Below are positions 62,545-64,000 of a stretch of DNA of 64,000 nucleotides, in pieces. The stretch is from Mytilus trossulus. Lineage: Eukaryota. The DNA is taken from positions 5,332,001 to 5,396,000 of the forward strand of contig NW_026963290.1 in the NCBI RefSeq assembly GCF_036588685.1, given 5' to 3'. Position 1 is the stretch's first letter; every line of letters begins with the position of its first letter. A program made the position numbers and the translations under genes. The notes beneath the pieces are model-generated. The model searched no databases, was not told where the DNA came from, and saw only the letters and a program-made list of their open reading frames with translations.

Positions 62545-63426
62545 TCCATGATAAATGATTTGAAATATTCAATATTTATATCTAGACTTACTCTTCCGTG
62601 ATCTATGGGCAAGTATATACAGGTGCACACTAATAGGCAGAGAAAAACTAGCATTGTAGACATTATGCAGTTGCTTCTGTTTCATTTTACCTAAGTATGA
62701 GACGACACGGTCGATTTTATGTTGATACATCGATTTGTCTTCCTATTGTGTTATCTTATCATATTTACTATTTCTGTTTCTAGGAATATATACTGATAGA
62801 TGAATTTACAAAACAGAATTTCCAATTACCTGCAATTTGTGATGACGCTAAATAACCATAACGAAACACTTTGCATGTTTTTTTACGGTCGAATGTTACC
62901 GCTAGATATAAGTATACAATTCTGATGTCTGAAACTATTCTGTCGCCATAGCTCAGTCGGTTGACGGCCAGACAGGGAATACCGAGGACCGCAGTTCGAA
63001 TCTCACAATGGGTTTTTGAATTTGAGAGCGATATTTTTCTCATTGAACTCAATGTTTTTGACCTGTGCTATAAGCCAGATCAAACGTTCAATTCACATTT
63101 CTGAATTTGCCCGTATAGATTTTCAAGTGACAATAACCGTAGGCGCTAAAACTTTGTTCACCTTTAGTACCCCCGAGCCAAACCTTTGGTAGAAATTATT
63201 CATGTTCGACTTCTTGTTATCCGCTATTCAACAATTTATTTTCAAATAAAGCAGTCCCAATAGATAGTGTTTAAACCATTCAACTGATTGCTTAGTAGGC
63301 TTACAAACCAGTGTAACTAATCGAGATGTACTTTATGAAAGTTCTTAATGCTATCAGCAATAGGGGGGATGAATTGACAGTAAGTGTATTTGAGGCTAAC
63401 TAGAAGAAACTGATAGCAAAAAAAGT

Positions 63427-63500
63427 AGCCTTCAGAGAGAGTCGAACTCTCGACCTCCAGTTTACTAGACTGGCGCTCTAACCAACTGAGCTATGAAGGC
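63427..63500 (-). tRNA. trnT: tRNA-Thr(AGT)
   Basis: Identical array copy. Confidence 0.96.
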
Positions 63501-64000
63501 TCCATGATAAATGATTTGAAATATTCAATATTTATATCTAGACTTACTCTTCCGTGATCTATGGGCAAGTATATACAGGTGCACACTAATAGGCAGAGAA
63601 AAACTAGCATTGTAGACATTATGCAGTTGCTTCTGTTTCATTTTACCTAAGTATGAGACGACACGGTCGATTTTATGTTGATACATCGATTTGTCTTCCT
63701 ATTGTGTTATCTTATCATATTTACTATTTCTGTTTCTAGGAATATATACTGATAGATGAATTTACAAAACACAATTTCCAATTACCTGCAATTTGTGATG
63801 ACGCTAAATAACCATAACGAAACACTTTGCATGTTTTTTAACGGTCGAATGTTACCGCTAGATATAAGTATACAATTCTGATGTCTGATACTATTCTGTC
63901 GCCATAGCTCAGTCGGTTGACGGCCAGACAGGGAATACCGAGGACCGCAGTTCGAATCTCACAATGGGTTTTTGAATTTGAGAGCGATATTTTTCTCATT

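Larger units (their letters stand above)
19012..64000. repeat. 956-bp tandem tDNA array (tRNA-Thr plus tRNA-like element per unit), continuing beyond the window
   Basis: Exact 956-bp period (957 in three units), very few SNPs, 34 tRNA-Thr positions. Confidence 0.98.

Overview
Eukaryotic, AT-rich DNA. The repeat families suggest a bivalve mollusc, probably Mytilus (inference). 1-19 kb holds the last coding exon of a PEX19-like gene, followed by a nest of mobile elements: Helentron/DINE-type non-autonomous elements, a decayed RTE-X-like LINE, a decayed Penelope-like element, a 354-bp x13 hammerhead-ribozyme (retrozyme) array nested inside these, and a 1.3-kb inverted repeat. From about 19.0 kb to the window end lies a highly homogeneous 956-bp tandem array. 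Each unit carries a tRNA-Thr(AGT) gene on the minus strand (34 copies, 32 intact). Each unit also carries a divergently oriented tRNA-derived Pol III element that keeps a TATA motif, A box, B box and terminator but has lost cloverleaf pairing (36 copies). The array is interrupted by five insertions: a Helentron-type element; a 5'-truncated RTE-X-like LINE in the tRNA D-arm; a full-length Tx1-clade LINE in the tRNA D-arm (13-bp TSD); and two copies of a 1,653-bp poly(A)-tailed, RT-less element with one orphan ORF (15-bp TSD). The most interesting observation is that this RT-less element sits in the tRNA-like gene at the equivalent position and orientation (TAGCTCAGTyGGTT|...GCCAG) that the Tx1 LINE uses in the real tRNA. 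This suggests an autonomous/non-autonomous pair of tRNA-targeting retroelements.
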